Below are positions 28,701 through 34,516 of a stretch of DNA of 55,647 bases, piece after piece. Both the position numbers and the translations under genes were made by a program. Positions within the stretch are counted from its first letter, which is position 1, and each line of letters opens with the position of its first letter. The stretch covers positions 1 through 55,647 of the IMG/VR virus record IMGVR_UViG_3300037516_001048. One strand, written 5' to 3'. The notes under the pieces were generated by a model. It was not told where the DNA came from and searched no databases. It saw only the letters and a list, made by a program, of their open reading frames with translations. The stretch comes from a virus (lineage: Duplodnaviria; Caudoviricetes).

Positions 28701-30945
28701 GCTCCTCCGCCCGCTTCATGTGCTCCGCACTTTGTGCGTGCAGGCTGAGGAATTCCTCGTCATCCCCAGCCAGATGGTTCATCGCTGCGCGCATCATCAG
28801 CCATGTGCCGGTGTATTGGTCCCAGCCGTCAGCGATCTCTGACTTCGCCACATTTAATCCGCCGGTCGCCCGCAGCTGTTCTGATTTGAGGTTTTTCGTG
28901 GTCGCCGTCAACTCCTTGTCGACCGCCCCGGTGTTGAACAGCGGCTGATTGCCGTACTCCTTGATGTACCCCTTCAAAGCCGTCATCCGCGCCGCGGCGC
29001 TGCTGGCATCCTGCTGGCTCAGTTTCCCGGCGGCGTCCAGGGTCACTGCCATGTCAGGCACCGGCTTCACCTCGATTCCCGCCGCCTTGTAGGCATCCAC
29101 CACCTTGTTCATGGGCACGGCCCCCTGCCAAGCCAGGTCCCGCACCCGGCGAAGGTCACCCTGCATCCGTTCCGCTGCCTTGTCATACACGACCGCAGTT
29201 TCAGCCGACCGTTTCTCAAACATGGCCGACATCTCCTCCGGCGAAAGATTCCGCGCCGACCCCGCCGAGGCAATGTCGGTCTGGTGCGCCGCCATCGCCC
29301 CCTTGATCAGCCCCTGCAACTCCCGGCCCCGGTTGGTGATCTCCGCCACCGCAGCATACCCGGCCTCCCGCTCCTGCCGCACATCCGCCACCGGCTTCCC
29401 TCCGGCCTCCTCATTCCCCAGCAGTCGGCGAGTGTTGCCCTCACCTTCCGCACGGGCTTCCACCATGGTCTGCCAGTCGGGCCGCAGGAACACATCCTTG
29501 CCAGGGTTTTGAGCGATGGCCGTTTGCAGGTCCGCCACATTCTTGGCTTCCAAGGTCCCTGCACGGAATTTCGGCGTGAAGGCGTAGTCCAGCGCCACTT
29601 TCGGGGCCGCAGGATCAGCCGCCGCCACCCCAGTGGCCGAGTCGTTAGCCGCCGCCTTCGCCGCTTGCTCTTCCTTCACAGCATCCACCGCTTTCACCTG
29701 CTCATCACGCAGTCCACCGGCATACCGGTTGTGATCGTCGATCGTTGTTCCCAGTGCGTCAAACTTCGCCTTCAACCCCTGCGACCGCAGCAGTAGCGAT
29801 TCCCGTTGCCGGATGATATCCGGGGCCTCCGCCGCCGTATACCCAGCCTCCCCCACCGCCTTCAGCGCCAGAGCCTCCGCGTTCAGTGCCTCATCCTCGA
29901 TCTTGAGCTCCGCCTTCCGCGCATCCATCTTCTGGAGGCTCTCAGCGAGGTACCGCGAGCGCACCGCGTTCTGTTCCTCCGGTGTTTTCCCGGCCAGGCT
30001 CGCCTTGTTAAAGGTATCACTCGACTGGGTCGCCAGACCGGCTTCCTCCACACCGATTTCTGAAATTCGCTTCTCCCGGCTATCCCGCTCCGCCTGTCGC
30101 GTGATCAAAAGCTCATCTGCCGGAGTGGCCGTGCCGCCCGACTTCCGCACCCGCGCATCCTCCAACTGGGTGGGATTCGGGGCGTTCATGTCAGGGGCCG
30201 TCAGCTCCGCCCGCAGCTTGGCCTGCTCACTGGCCAGCCCAGTCTTTTTCCGTGTCCGCAGCGCCGCCGTGGATGCCTCCCGGACCTTGGCATCAGGAGA
30301 TAGGACCCCTTCCTCCGGATCGATGGCGTCCCACTTGGCGTTGGCGTTCTGCCGGTAGATGTATTTGTCGTTCGGGTCTTTGGGATTGCCCCCGATTGGC
30401 GCCTCCGCATCCAAGAAGGATTGCTTCATCTCCCCAGCCTTCCGCTCCACCTTGTAGGCGCGGCCAGTTGAATCCCACTTGGTGGGACCGTCGATATCTT
30501 TGACGACGGGTTTCCCGGTCATGGGGTCCTTGGCTTCCACCACGGTGCCGTCCGGATTCTTGTGATAGCCGAGCCCCGCCGCGTCCATCTCCACGGCCTT
30601 CATGTCCTGCACCGCGTCGAAGTTAAGTTTGTCGACACGCGCCTGCTCCTTGGCATTCGCCTTCGCGACTACCGCCTCATGCGCCGACTGCCGGACCTGT
30701 TGACGCTGCTCCGTAGCTTTGTCCTGGTCATACTTGTCCCACGCACGCTCCTCCCCACCATCATAGGTCTTGGCGAGACCGGAAGGTAGGCGACGTGGAT
30801 CCACCCCGGACGGCGCACGCACCGCAGGGGCTTGAGGTGCCGCAGGGGCTGGGGGCTCCGTTACAGAGCCATCCTCCGGCGGGACCACCGGAGGGATAGG
30901 GGTGGCAGGAGATAGGACAACGCGGCGCGTAGGTTGCAGAGACAT
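13702..30945 (-). CDS. giant DarB-like polyvalent protein (5747 aa): ddrB-type ParB, Zeta-like P-loop kinase, N6-adenine methyltransferase, SNF2 helicase, possible ART-like domain
   Basis: ParB-like LPSH...QPRDR...GAPVV...GNGR (~25450-25930); GGGPAAGKST...DATL (~23700-24400); EPGGGIGHF and ISNVPF MTase motifs (~21900-22500); GVGSGKT, VDEAHAFKN, ATGTPISNT and QRNGRIIRQGN helicase motifs (~18500-20150). Confidence 0.92.
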   Translation of the reverse strand: MSLQPTRRVVLSPATPIPPVVPPEDGSVTEPPAPAAPQAPAVRAPSGVDPRRLPSGLAKTYDGGEERAWDKYDQDKATEQRQQVRQSAHEAVVAKANAKEQARVDKLNFDAVQDMKAVEMDAAGLGYHKNPDGTVVEAKDPMTGKPVVKDIDGPTKWDSTGRAYKVERKAGEMKQSFLDAEAPIGGNPKDPNDKYIYRQNANAKWDAIDPEEGVLSPDAKVREASTAALRTRKKTGLASEQAKLRAELTAPDMNAPNPTQLEDARVRKSGGTATPADELLITRQAERDSREKRISEIGVEEAGLATQSSDTFNKASLAGKTPEEQNAVRSRYLAESLQKMDARKAELKIEDEALNAEALALKAVGEAGYTAAEAPDIIRQRESLLLRSQGLKAKFDALGTTIDDHNRYAGGLRDEQVKAVDAVKEEQAAKAAANDSATGVAAADPAAPKVALDYAFTPKFRAGTLEAKNVADLQTAIAQNPGKDVFLRPDWQTMVEARAEGEGNTRRLLGNEEAGGKPVADVRQEREAGYAAVAEITNRGRELQGLIKGAMAAHQTDIASAGSARNLSPEEMSAMFEKRSAETAVVYDKAAERMQGDLRRVRDLAWQGAVPMNKVVDAYKAAGIEVKPVPDMAVTLDAAGKLSQQDASSAAARMTALKGYIKEYGNQPLFNTGAVDKELTATTKNLKSEQLRATGGLNVAKSEIADGWDQYTGTWLMMRAAMNHLAGDDEEFLSLHAQSAEHMKRAEERGSVVDTFGEIESLSDTLHYVGKTVSNMVFDLGETVVTTVAGAAIGSAVAPGPGTVGGGVAGLMGKTAVKKLIAKEAADLMVKRKLTSEMATVLVESRVLMLLKSEIKGGGKGPLFDIMRKQSAANVAKWGAFGSSFRGNGGEYLQSTLGSMTPAQLVNDPDKVDRSIAASLILGAPAAALDALTGMESGLISKLVGRPAKELRAVADKGMRSFMKEVGMGALKAAKNPATEGATGFMQGILGVYAARISNQTDLSAGYTAAEQTEIWENAIGELIGGGAFGGAGGAARMTAKAMRPLKEAWQLNQAGNALKAEIAKSEAVMTATEEGLAEMAGVDPQKMATALGPVPALEQFGTVPGITAQIEALGLVAEEARNKGDRVTAREALRGMAQLEKDRREAVLTGVQNLVGLEEQLAGPVMDPVTGLTMAVGTPEHVLAVATARAVVAVATGRAATLDNGQLATLGLARGPAAEIVVGEDPNPSPDGVPRVTMEAGQLILGQGLIDRTKRVFPAAAALITAGEVQRRDAVLQQAAQDAAQAAMAAQAPTAAPDPTAAPAPAAATTAAPTAAPTAPKQGRQWDVEIDGVDAPVRVTAESRTAAIAQVAATGQGMVRDAVEVPVAAPQTAPDAPTAEPAKGGSFADAITAAGEARGLKATPERVARNKEMAKALEMEAKKWAGAFPGGFRVKENTLGGGLQIDSTDRALELDFGALAKTAENTKQNTKEWARLAVIEEVIHSAALELEKGGKLDAAGLYNSLPAKVQRVVRDAYNRSSKEPRNLGHEFLRMIVQGRMAISQEGWKLDGKLVTTEQAGTDLKASLRRAVNALLGYLRNLQKQLAKAGAAPETIAQIEDTVKLIEGRMREFLGGVAQNQSTTNEQNQTPSSDGKQSAGPSVPESRDVPMVPAQTEAQGETAGATTITQHGVKLKAVFALREQSTLLPSHDFRGQPSTGYDQALQPRDRSLPEYQKQSQNIARELDFDQAAFFPDTNVPATTPDLGAPVVDANGQVIVGNGRFNGVAMAYSEGFPTAAKYKAALAKNAARFGLTPEDVMAMKEPVLVRVLEPTDRETVIKFSQGSNEGVAMRTNATELAGQDAQRLAGPARQVLTLLDPNFDLEAKQNEAFRTAYVAQVIDAGGTNEANLTGPELASRMRMGIFASAYGLDAEGRAALARMAASTGVGAKKITAALLTMAAGMGWMKAEGKAGNLHPRDISVDLGAAAQRIAVALRDKSAKTPSSAVYQGLESQTDVFENPMVTELMQFLIANRTNQARMEEVISNYVEGVAQLGNPAQVDMFGGEPATREQLWQKAVDPATTETRENRHALATAALSSAVLPSQIGPDNLDAFAGVVDKRILATIKMLDVTLEFDAEWQLPKLPEPTGPKPPATAREVDGVFVLTHATAVIQPTMIKDDDGEVIPNYLLDYLEPGKEYTRDELHEAIIDLYLDRAEKARANGRGKVLFTGGGPAAGKSTFIREMQSTGEIATGDGILTLTADDIKMLIPEMQEMLARGDSRAAGTVHVESQKIFNDVVVAVLALPYHVNLIWDATLSHAPQVIPLMEQIKGLGYEMHLRGIVIDPWEAMNRSVDRGLKSKRLVPAGGTLWGHKGFHMNFREYLPLVDSYEVRGIMFGDNVYEDGGQGLRSIVVESSVSPVAKDRGEQYYFTQERSNLNEYATNKTQLLASYDYGHPALETNQAGDKGASESTQGNEDQGNVPDNGRRSALRPAAPAGPLSSADLFGEWADSLPAKTKRSKPAFAKALKAEVPAGKLPTVAAISDLFDFASSGGYGVNYGTQGNGSGSDGRPGNTGAAVGTPAGGKNSKRSKNAPGGANDLFDWSAEFQTGGTTAGSGQPGGNGPDGRGTGSGGNSDGVAKPPERGAAEKPVGGLREDPSGRDGLHPIVPQPENPADRNHVIDPMGKVAPRTNSQKWAGNFEAMKLLRQLDADGRNPTPEEKSVLEAYTGWGWMKEAFNDVRAKAYAELKSTWEATIAREIARPPYRESYDRSPARSTDWQQRARENDPEKAQTLLSWQATYGQHYDRLRAELTDKEFRSAAKSVRNAHFTTPSVIGSMWKAVARLGFKGGRAMEPGGGIGHFIGVQPPSMAERTRWEATELDDVTARILSKLYPQARVNGMMPAPGREVSGMGFQDSRIPNNSLDLLISNVPFAKEGPGKAKSEFGQDFNLHNYFFARALAKVKPGGLVVFITSSGTMESQRAQRAYLNGKAELVASWRLPNDAFAENAGTEVVTDVIMLRKPDGKQVMAPEPWMEKMQVGRDNVMSRRPVDKTRPWQKTTVDLHTWFSDIEPDWNPTSVEMATAWRPWMDGGRPKTGKKWDAVVKAFRERPDSSDSLEFSAPIRVNEYYARHPENVLGRHALQGSMYSAGEYTVQSMGSLDEQLAAAVERLPENILGDAATTGWDAVAAERDDKIDSYVERDGIVYQVTAEGLEPVEWNENETLDKAKRTAAKKKMAIFRQWAKLRDAAVEMVNLEVNPASMDTDLDAARARLNTAYNGVLAYFGPLGVRRNNKYRFLEDDPQYALLEALEEESMVTNERGEVAYRYKKADIFRQRIIPVLEAPTTAASLEEAVSVSMAWQGSVNPRYVADLTGTSEPEARMALLEGGHVYEDTSSGQLMTADEYLSGPVAVRLREAEAAAKDNPDYARNVEALRNALPPRRMISEASINVGARWIPDAVYTAYMAHLGVKNGAVKYVKERNHFESAGRGGLPEWETGDWSAFDTLDAILNNRKLLVTSYNRVLRQSVVDSELTAQLESKALEMADDFRQWVRTTDTELADPENDGVMVPIPALTENIFNEKVNGITPPKFVGDWVTLPGQSGVIWLKPFRKAVIARLLTQGRGMMAHGVGSGKTFNQIALAMELRRLGKARKPVIVVQNSTINQFAKSFRQAYPQAKLLVATPRSYSAKARARFTARMATGDWDAIIMTHSNLEQIPNSQASVDAYFARESDELDAAISAADDTESQSRLQAARDKLLEKRTKMIARLGARQDNVLDWEQIGVDALIVDEAHAFKNAPVVTNRGRDVKNIPSTGEGSDKAVSMMLKTHNVRERMKGKGVFFATGTPISNTMAEAYVMLRYIAPDMLEANGIVNFDDFAAQYGTVVSQTESTWDGSIKVVDRFTKFVNGPQFIRLIRSVFDVAMGNESLGLDVPSIAGGKAEQVVVPVTQANQAFNEWIVNEVAPRWKAIGRKEIDEDPRLTAIPIMSLQAGMAAALDPRLIHDNAPDYPGSKVNVAIKRALEIYRSGDANKTAQVMFSDLFNSFRLGVLGEFAGNPFADMGRNEGAFNLGDDIKAKLIAGGMKPEEVVVVTTEKDEKLTAILDAVNEGKVRVIIGSTARLGVGVNIQERLAMVHHLMPPRDFKPAMMEQRNGRIIRQGNLHAEWRDAAFARVVGTAAGTPFAGTTGAKRAKAAKEWLTENDKDGAIRTEADAAAKIFDIGIIEYAVQRSTDSVVYSMMAAKQGMVAQSLSGESIGNEFDDPTDEIQMGFNEMAAQAMGDPLMIRQVMLDRDLRQLRNSYNGWQRQGASRAADIRRIAASITYSEGLLNRVDREAATYGKLFLEADGKPVYKFDGKTIDTGAKDGKIINPLDLWLAGAAGSMAMQGDKQTTLAMEVNGRPFEVTAKLKDNALVGVVQVPGSTEYKDWYAGGQSLVLGIRSLVSGIEDRPANSRENIAFLTDRLAELRKVDAGSQEFPQIDKLRALETEYALLRITMATRNETPTGAATEATGPEMGTLADGMGRGGMLAPLSAAALDAIGGDSLASGVSAGNHLGVNQGLAEQDADRLAIFEQNIDEILKLATGAKTRVLGLRVMVEHNNPVPQVKPGDALAPSSVWNDGEPTKRKLAGTSTIGIKLDRDSIREALFHLGVTGGRDLPGFRYGYYYGAQVVLVTGTSSRIGSDFGERVIRDARVLGAWNKSEGEARSSYLTTPVYLAPLSAAALQSASFDDALRGAGVDLDELDSLMDRADNESSGSRKTGNPDLSLGAGTNSYTTFGDPVIMGVDEYRNATVQEETFDQWRADAVEMLRANYDGTVRRLVDIGLSGGQLTPELTQAAQIIVEQESRMPMNPARKRTLQALVYAYRQAGTEQARGLAARRDPFKTPEERHREFLAKQIFTPPAETRKKLEAAGSAAERQRILGADAQRIARIEAEFAKMGVTLDDLFSGGIQLSLAKAKIIGETAAGLASDKHRRAAVLLKGGTQSALDIGKAVGLTPQEVLAVKDHMDRQLTKAMEARLARAIAAASSSLQVAAMAGDEFMDVDFARMVGMTEAERAAEIQKLVQQMGYGIPVKQLGKRKIVKRKRLYQPPTAQSGMSGEEYLSQPMGRDGRGTQPRLGQMGTPDNSIAPGPGKVWDRPALAQNELDLGLQDEVSILIGADLADAEDVVRLARVTQAAHGGAMDMLQEYWINNILSGPQTQVVNIVGNSAFAGVELTVQRGMEALWNLVIQDDKSASFGEFGAMRQALLPGLVRGMRLFSKSWRTETDWFAHEALNAQLDLFETGPKGEGRATAISGTKGKVIRIPGRALMATDGFFKGLIGQMEAAAQAYRIAKAEGLSGDAMTKRMNQLLYTPGSQAWQLAVQKAQELTFQEDLPENLKPLQKWKNSNRLLGFVVPFIRTPYNIFRHGIRKSPLGAANLIWQLGKHGMVKLSGGRLELATAASPQMIKWLAEQTLAMAALALLKGAAEGDDDDEKKWLLITGSQPADFAERDLQERTAGGAYVIRIGGVRIPYGRVEPFATVLGSTVDALRISKGGGDVADKFGRVLGSLQQAAMDKTFLSGLAALFDTMKQPGKLADKGQRAVMTALVPNLIRQPLRNMDSMVRDGSTADWYYQLAPFGAGAESRVNTATGVDKEKTGNALTRILLPALVKQDGVEPSDIVLRQWNAANPGKEAWAPGTPDRTHELQVDGKTVRVKLNAGAYKQLSGRSAALARQSLQGLNLKPTQDDVDRIKKAYTDGRRRAWGELKGQPVSRLGDVED
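16825..17415. repeat. 27-bp direct repeat (25/27) encoding LAPLSAAAL flanking a domain insert
   Basis: CAGTGCCGCAGCCGACAGCGGGGCCAG at 16825-16851 and CAGCGCCGCAGCCGACAGCGGAGCCAG at 17389-17415. Confidence 0.85.
22998..23327 (-). CDS. nested +1-frame ORF (109 aa) inside the giant gene
   Basis: Amphipathic helical composition; preceded by TTGACT-N17-TATGGT 7 nt before the ATG; the host frame here is a low-complexity G/S/N linker. Confidence 0.6.
   Translation of the reverse strand: MELKEMDLEAMDVLATLVQLSEHRQGAKIASDPRMLQEALTTFLTGRLNSKREAQRLDPDSREATDQTDAELEAEETVMAWQNRLNAEQRRNLWEVYGKIHPDAMAYIP
23335..23363 (-). promoter_or_regulatory. internal sigma70-type promoter TTGACT-N17-TATGGT
   Basis: -35 at 23363-23358, -10 at 23340-23335, ATG at 23327 (leaderless geometry). 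Confidence 0.6.
23502..23687 (-). CDS. nested +1-frame ORF (61 aa) directly after the Zeta-like domain
   Basis: MNTPPTKPNYL...ETKALVKAHKGMKIKEMFPITDDAPLYGLPLPPDR*; its stop coincides with the PLSS linker motif. Confidence 0.4.
   Translation of the reverse strand: MNTPPTKPNYLPPTTTATRPLKPIRPETKALVKAHKGMKIKEMFPITDDAPLYGLPLPPDR
25920..26072 (-). CDS. nested +1-frame ORF (50 aa) with CRNHGxCPWC motif
   Basis: MSKTKRHPLTGSKALDPACRNHGTCPWCQRKRKHKAKRQEPPRSRSMASS*; preceded by the C/A-rich leader CAAAACCAATCTACAACCA like stand-alone genes of this phage. Confidence 0.65.
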   Translation of the reverse strand: MSKTKRHPLTGSKALDPACRNHGTCPWCQRKRKHKAKRQEPPRSRSMASS

Positions 30946-30951
30946 AATTGC

Positions 30952-31644
30952 TCAAGCATTCTGGGTACCCTCCTGTAGGGGGTTACGGCGCTGCCGTGCC
31001 GGGGATACACCGTCCACGCCCTTCAAGGCGCGCATGGCGAGTCCACCTGACTGCTCCGGCGTAGTAGCGGCTGGTGCCGCTGCCGGTGCCGCCTGACCGA
31101 AGCCAGGCCCATTACTTGAAACTTGGTCGCCCACGTCGGCGTTTTGCCCCATCGCCTCGTAGGCGCTCCGCTCCTCCGGCGGCATGGCCGCGTATTTCTC
31201 CCGCAACGCTCCTTCCGCTTCCTCGCGGGTTTGGCCTTTGTACTCGCCGGACTGTGCCACCCATCCCGCCTTGCGGTCGCTCCCTGATTTCTGGAACCCG
31301 GCCGCGCCAATGCTTTTTGAGAGGTAAGCCTGAAACCCGTTCGTGCTCTGCGGATCAGCCGGAGGGTTACCGGAACCGGTTCCAGGAACCGCAGACGGCG
31401 TTCCCGTAGCCCGTTGAGCCAGTCCACCCTGCTGCGGTTGGAGGTTCTTGAACTTCATGCTACCCAGTTGATTCTGGACCGGTGCCCCGAACTGCCGGCC
31501 ACCCTCTTGAGATGGATCCGTCGCCCGCTGCGTCAATCCACCGGGAGCGGGCCGTGGTTTCAGGCTACTCAGATCAGGCGCTGCGGCCTGAATCGGCAAA
31601 GCGGAAGCCCCTGCTCCCATGAAGATTTTAGGTGCGGTGCTCAT
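30952..31644 (-). CDS. hypothetical protein (possible internal virion protein)
   Basis: 230 aa, G/A/Q-rich, repeated GGLxQRAT, directly upstream of the giant gene. Confidence 0.65.
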   Translation of the reverse strand: MSTAPKIFMGAGASALPIQAAAPDLSSLKPRPAPGGLTQRATDPSQEGGRQFGAPVQNQLGSMKFKNLQPQQGGLAQRATGTPSAVPGTGSGNPPADPQSTNGFQAYLSKSIGAAGFQKSGSDRKAGWVAQSGEYKGQTREEAEGALREKYAAMPPEERSAYEAMGQNADVGDQVSSNGPGFGQAAPAAAPAATTPEQSGGLAMRALKGVDGVSPARQRRNPLQEGTQNA

Positions 31645-31916
31645 GTTGGGGAAGTGGTTCGTGGTTGGTTCGGTTTGATTTCCGGCAGGTTCAGGTCCGA
31701 GCGGTTATACGGGCAATGCCGCGCCATCGGGCACCCCATCAGCGCCATCTTCAGCTTGGCAATCTCACCCACCGAGACATTGTGCCGCTGGTCACATTTA
31801 ATGGACCGCCAGTAAAGGTGCCCTATCGCCCCAGCCAGCACACTGATCGCGGATGCCATCACGCCGATGGCCCCCACAATCACGGAATCGATCTGGACGA
31901 TGGAAAAAAATATCAT
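31641..31916 (-). CDS. holin-like membrane protein
   Basis: N-terminal hydrophobic segment (VIVGAIGVMASAISVLAGAIG); adjacent to the endolysin. Confidence 0.5.
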   Translation of the reverse strand: MIFFSIVQIDSVIVGAIGVMASAISVLAGAIGHLYWRSIKCDQRHNVSVGEIAKLKMALMGCPMARHCPYNRSDLNLPEIKPNQPRTTSPT

Positions 31917-32446
31917 GGCAGGATGCGGATGACGGCTGAAATAGAGGTGCGGCTCCGGGGCTTCTCAAAGCACCCATCCCCATCACGCCCCCCGCCTGCA
32001 TCGGTGTTGTATCCGATGGCGGTGAACTTCCGGTCCGGTAGGTCACCCGTGTAAATCTCGATGTGGGAGTAGTCGTAAATGATCAGGTCGCCCGTGTGCA
32101 GATTGGCCTCCTTGCCCAGAATTGTCAGTCCCTTTTCCCGCGCCCAGTGCAGCCAGTTGTTACCCTTGGCCTTGAAGCAGGACGCCGACTTGCAGCGCCA
32201 CTTCTCCGCCTGGGTAGGAGTCAGGTCCAGTGCCGTCAGCACCGCCGGATCTCTCAGCCACTCCTTCAGCGTCCGCGCCACCCCAGCCGCACAGTAGGGT
32301 TGCCGCTCATCATACCCATGCGGGTAGCCGGTGGCCTCCCAGAGCGGCACTATCCACGGAGCCTGGTTCCGCGTCTCCTCCATCTTGCCCACGTCCCGGC
32401 GGGCAATCGCGCAGAATCTCATGCGGAGGGGGAAGGAGCCAGTCAT
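31913..32446 (-). CDS. CHAP/NlpC-like endolysin
   Basis: PYCAAGV catalytic Cys, GDLIIYDYSHIEI His, IGYNT motif. Confidence 0.75.
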   Translation of the reverse strand: MTGSFPLRMRFCAIARRDVGKMEETRNQAPWIVPLWEATGYPHGYDERQPYCAAGVARTLKEWLRDPAVLTALDLTPTQAEKWRCKSASCFKAKGNNWLHWAREKGLTILGKEANLHTGDLIIYDYSHIEIYTGDLPDRKFTAIGYNTDAGGGRDGDGCFEKPRSRTSISAVIRILP

Positions 32447-32574
32447 GGATTAATCCGGAAGAATTGTCGTGCCGTGGCGGCGTCCCGCTGTTCGGGGCTT
32501 GCCCCGCACGGACAGGCGCAACCACTGACCAAGAGACCAGCGGCGATGATGAAAAGTGTAAGGAACCGATTCAC
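32443..32574 (-). CDS. small lipoprotein
   Basis: GTG start overlapping the upstream stop; MNRFLTLFIIAAGLLVSGC lipobox. Confidence 0.5.
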   Translation of the reverse strand: MNRFLTLFIIAAGLLVSGCACPCGASPEQRDAATARQFFRINP

Positions 32575-32864
32575 GACGTGATGAGGTTGAGCCGCTTGGC
32601 GATGTTGTAGGCGACCCAGCCGACCACCTGCGGGATCCACGGCCACGCCGTGATCTTGTCCCCAAAATGGAGCCGGACGAGATTGGCCACCCATTCCGCC
32701 TTGACCTTGGATTCGCCACCTGAAGATGATGCCACCACCGTCCACGCGATGACCGCTTGGAAGTCAGCCAGCGTCAGCCCATCCTTGCCATCAGCTTTGG
32801 ATAACTTGATGACCGCCGCCCGAAAAGCGCCGGCGATGGGATTGAAGAAGGATGGGAAATTCAT
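32571..32864 (-). CDS. hypothetical protein
   Basis: 97 aa, coupled on both sides. Confidence 0.65.
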   Translation of the reverse strand: MNFPSFFNPIAGAFRAAVIKLSKADGKDGLTLADFQAVIAWTVVASSSGGESKVKAEWVANLVRLHFGDKITAWPWIPQVVGWVAYNIAKRLNLITS

Positions 32865-33250
32865 GGGGCAGTAGTGGTCGATATTTCAGCCATTTGCACG
32901 TCGGCGGCGATCTGCGCCTGCTTCGTTGCTTCCTTCCCGGCGGCGGTGGAGGCCTTGGTCGCTTCCGTGGCCGCAGTGCGGTTGGTCAGTCCGTTCTCTG
33001 CAATTTCGGCCCCCTTGTTGAGCCCAGAAACCACCAAGCCGGTTCCCACAACCGTACCAACTGTCTTGCTGACGGAGATGAGGCTTTTGGAATTATTGAC
33101 CTCCCTGGCCTTGGCTCCATCAGGGGAAATATCCAGCCCGACAGTGTCACCGCCGAGGGAGTGGTAAGCATACGTCGCCCCATCCGGCCGCGTGCCGGTC
33201 ATGCTGGTGCATGACGGGAGCGCGAGGGACAGGAGAAAGAGGATTCGCAT
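32861..33250 (-). CDS. lipoprotein
   Basis: MRILFLLSLALPSC lipobox. Confidence 0.7.
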   Translation of the reverse strand: MRILFLLSLALPSCTSMTGTRPDGATYAYHSLGGDTVGLDISPDGAKAREVNNSKSLISVSKTVGTVVGTGLVVSGLNKGAEIAENGLTNRTAATEATKASTAAGKEATKQAQIAADVQMAEISTTTAP

Positions 33251-33259
33251 GGGAAAAAG

Positions 33260-33607
33260 TTAAGCGACGGCGTCATCAGACCATGCCAGAAAAGTCACCA
33301 GCCCCTGGCGGAGCAGGTCGAAGGTGGCACCCACCTTGGCCCGCGTGGCTTGATCATCTTCCAGGGCCAGCGCATCGATCACCGTGAAATACAACTCGTC
33401 CAGCTTCTCCGGAGTCAGCGGCACCATCTCAGACGGGGCCAACTTGATGTCCTTGGCCGCAGCCCACAGCTTGCCCGCGTTACCGACAAGGATGGCCACC
33501 ACCTCGTAAGGGGTGATTTTCCCGTCAGCATTAGCCTTCCGGGCCTCATCGATCAGGGAGAACAGGGCCACCGCGGCCTCTTTGGTTTGGGGGATGGTGG
33601 TGTCCAT
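33260..33607 (-). CDS. hypothetical protein
   Basis: 115 aa, ADGKITPYE motif; downstream of the GGCAAAGTTG promoter. Confidence 0.7.
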   Translation of the reverse strand: MDTTIPQTKEAAVALFSLIDEARKANADGKITPYEVVAILVGNAGKLWAAAKDIKLAPSEMVPLTPEKLDELYFTVIDALALEDDQATRAKVGATFDLLRQGLVTFLAWSDDAVA

Positions 33608-33677
33608 AAGAGTTACCGTTTCGGGGGCGACGGGGTAGCCGCACCATCCCTGCCCGAGGGGCTTTATTCAACTTTGC

Positions 33678-34040
33678 CTACAGGAAATCGGAGACCTTCA
33701 GTTTGAAACTGATCGAGATCCCCACATCCTCCCTGGCCGTCGTCTCTGAACGCTGTTCACCCTGCCGCTGCGTCACCGTGGACGCCTCACTGACCGTCCG
33801 GTTTACCGCCGCGTCCCGCGTCTCCGTGGTCGTCCGCTGCGGACTGTCCTCGAGGGTTTCATTAGTGACCTTGCCCGGCCTACTCCTCGTCGTGGCCGTT
33901 TTCTGTGGGTTGATCTGCGACGTGGTCTCCGTGCCCGGCGTGCTGGTACTGGTCCGGTTGGTGATCGCGGTGTTGAAGTCGGTGCGTGTAGACCCCTCCC
34001 CGGCCTCTGTGAAGGTGACTACTTTACTTAGATCGGCCAT
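33678..34040 (-). CDS. Thr/Ser/Glu-rich hypothetical protein
   Basis: 120 aa, extended beta-strand-like composition. Confidence 0.65.
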   Translation of the reverse strand: MADLSKVVTFTEAGEGSTRTDFNTAITNRTSTSTPGTETTSQINPQKTATTRSRPGKVTNETLEDSPQRTTTETRDAAVNRTVSEASTVTQRQGEQRSETTAREDVGISISFKLKVSDFL

Positions 34041-34045
34041 AGTGG

Positions 34046-34513
34046 TTATTCGTAGGTGTTTTCAGTCGTCCGGGTGTCCTTGCCACTGGTTCCGGTGCCG
34101 GTGTGGGTGTCTGAGGTATCGGTGCTAACCGTCTTCTCGACACTTTTCTCACTCTCCCGGATAGTCTGGACCATATAGTAGGGCTGAACTTCCTCCTGCT
34201 CACTGGTGAGCTCCGTTTTCGTCGACGTGCTCTTGCCCTCAAAGGGCGATGCCACCGACCTCGATGTCGCCAATCCCTGCTCCTGCCGCTGCACCGACTC
34301 CGGATTGTCTGTCTGGGTTTCCGAGGGGAACGCCACCGACAGCGACGGCCGCTCCAGAGCATTGACGCCCGTAATCAGGTCCACCGTCACCGTGATCTCA
34401 TCCGTGAAGTCCAGGGTGGCAATCCCCTGCGCCGCCGCCGCGCACCGCGCCAGCTTCAGTTGTTCCGCCATACGCACCAGCGTAGCGCCAAGGTCATCGA
34501 TCAGGATTTTCAT
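34046..34513 (-). CDS. Thr/Ser/Glu-rich hypothetical protein
   Basis: 155 aa; helix plus strand N-terminus followed by a polar repeat. Confidence 0.65.
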   Translation of the reverse strand: MKILIDDLGATLVRMAEQLKLARCAAAAQGIATLDFTDEITVTVDLITGVNALERPSLSVAFPSETQTDNPESVQRQEQGLATSRSVASPFEGKSTSTKTELTSEQEEVQPYYMVQTIRESEKSVEKTVSTDTSDTHTGTGTSGKDTRTTENTYE

Positions 34514-34516
34514 AGG

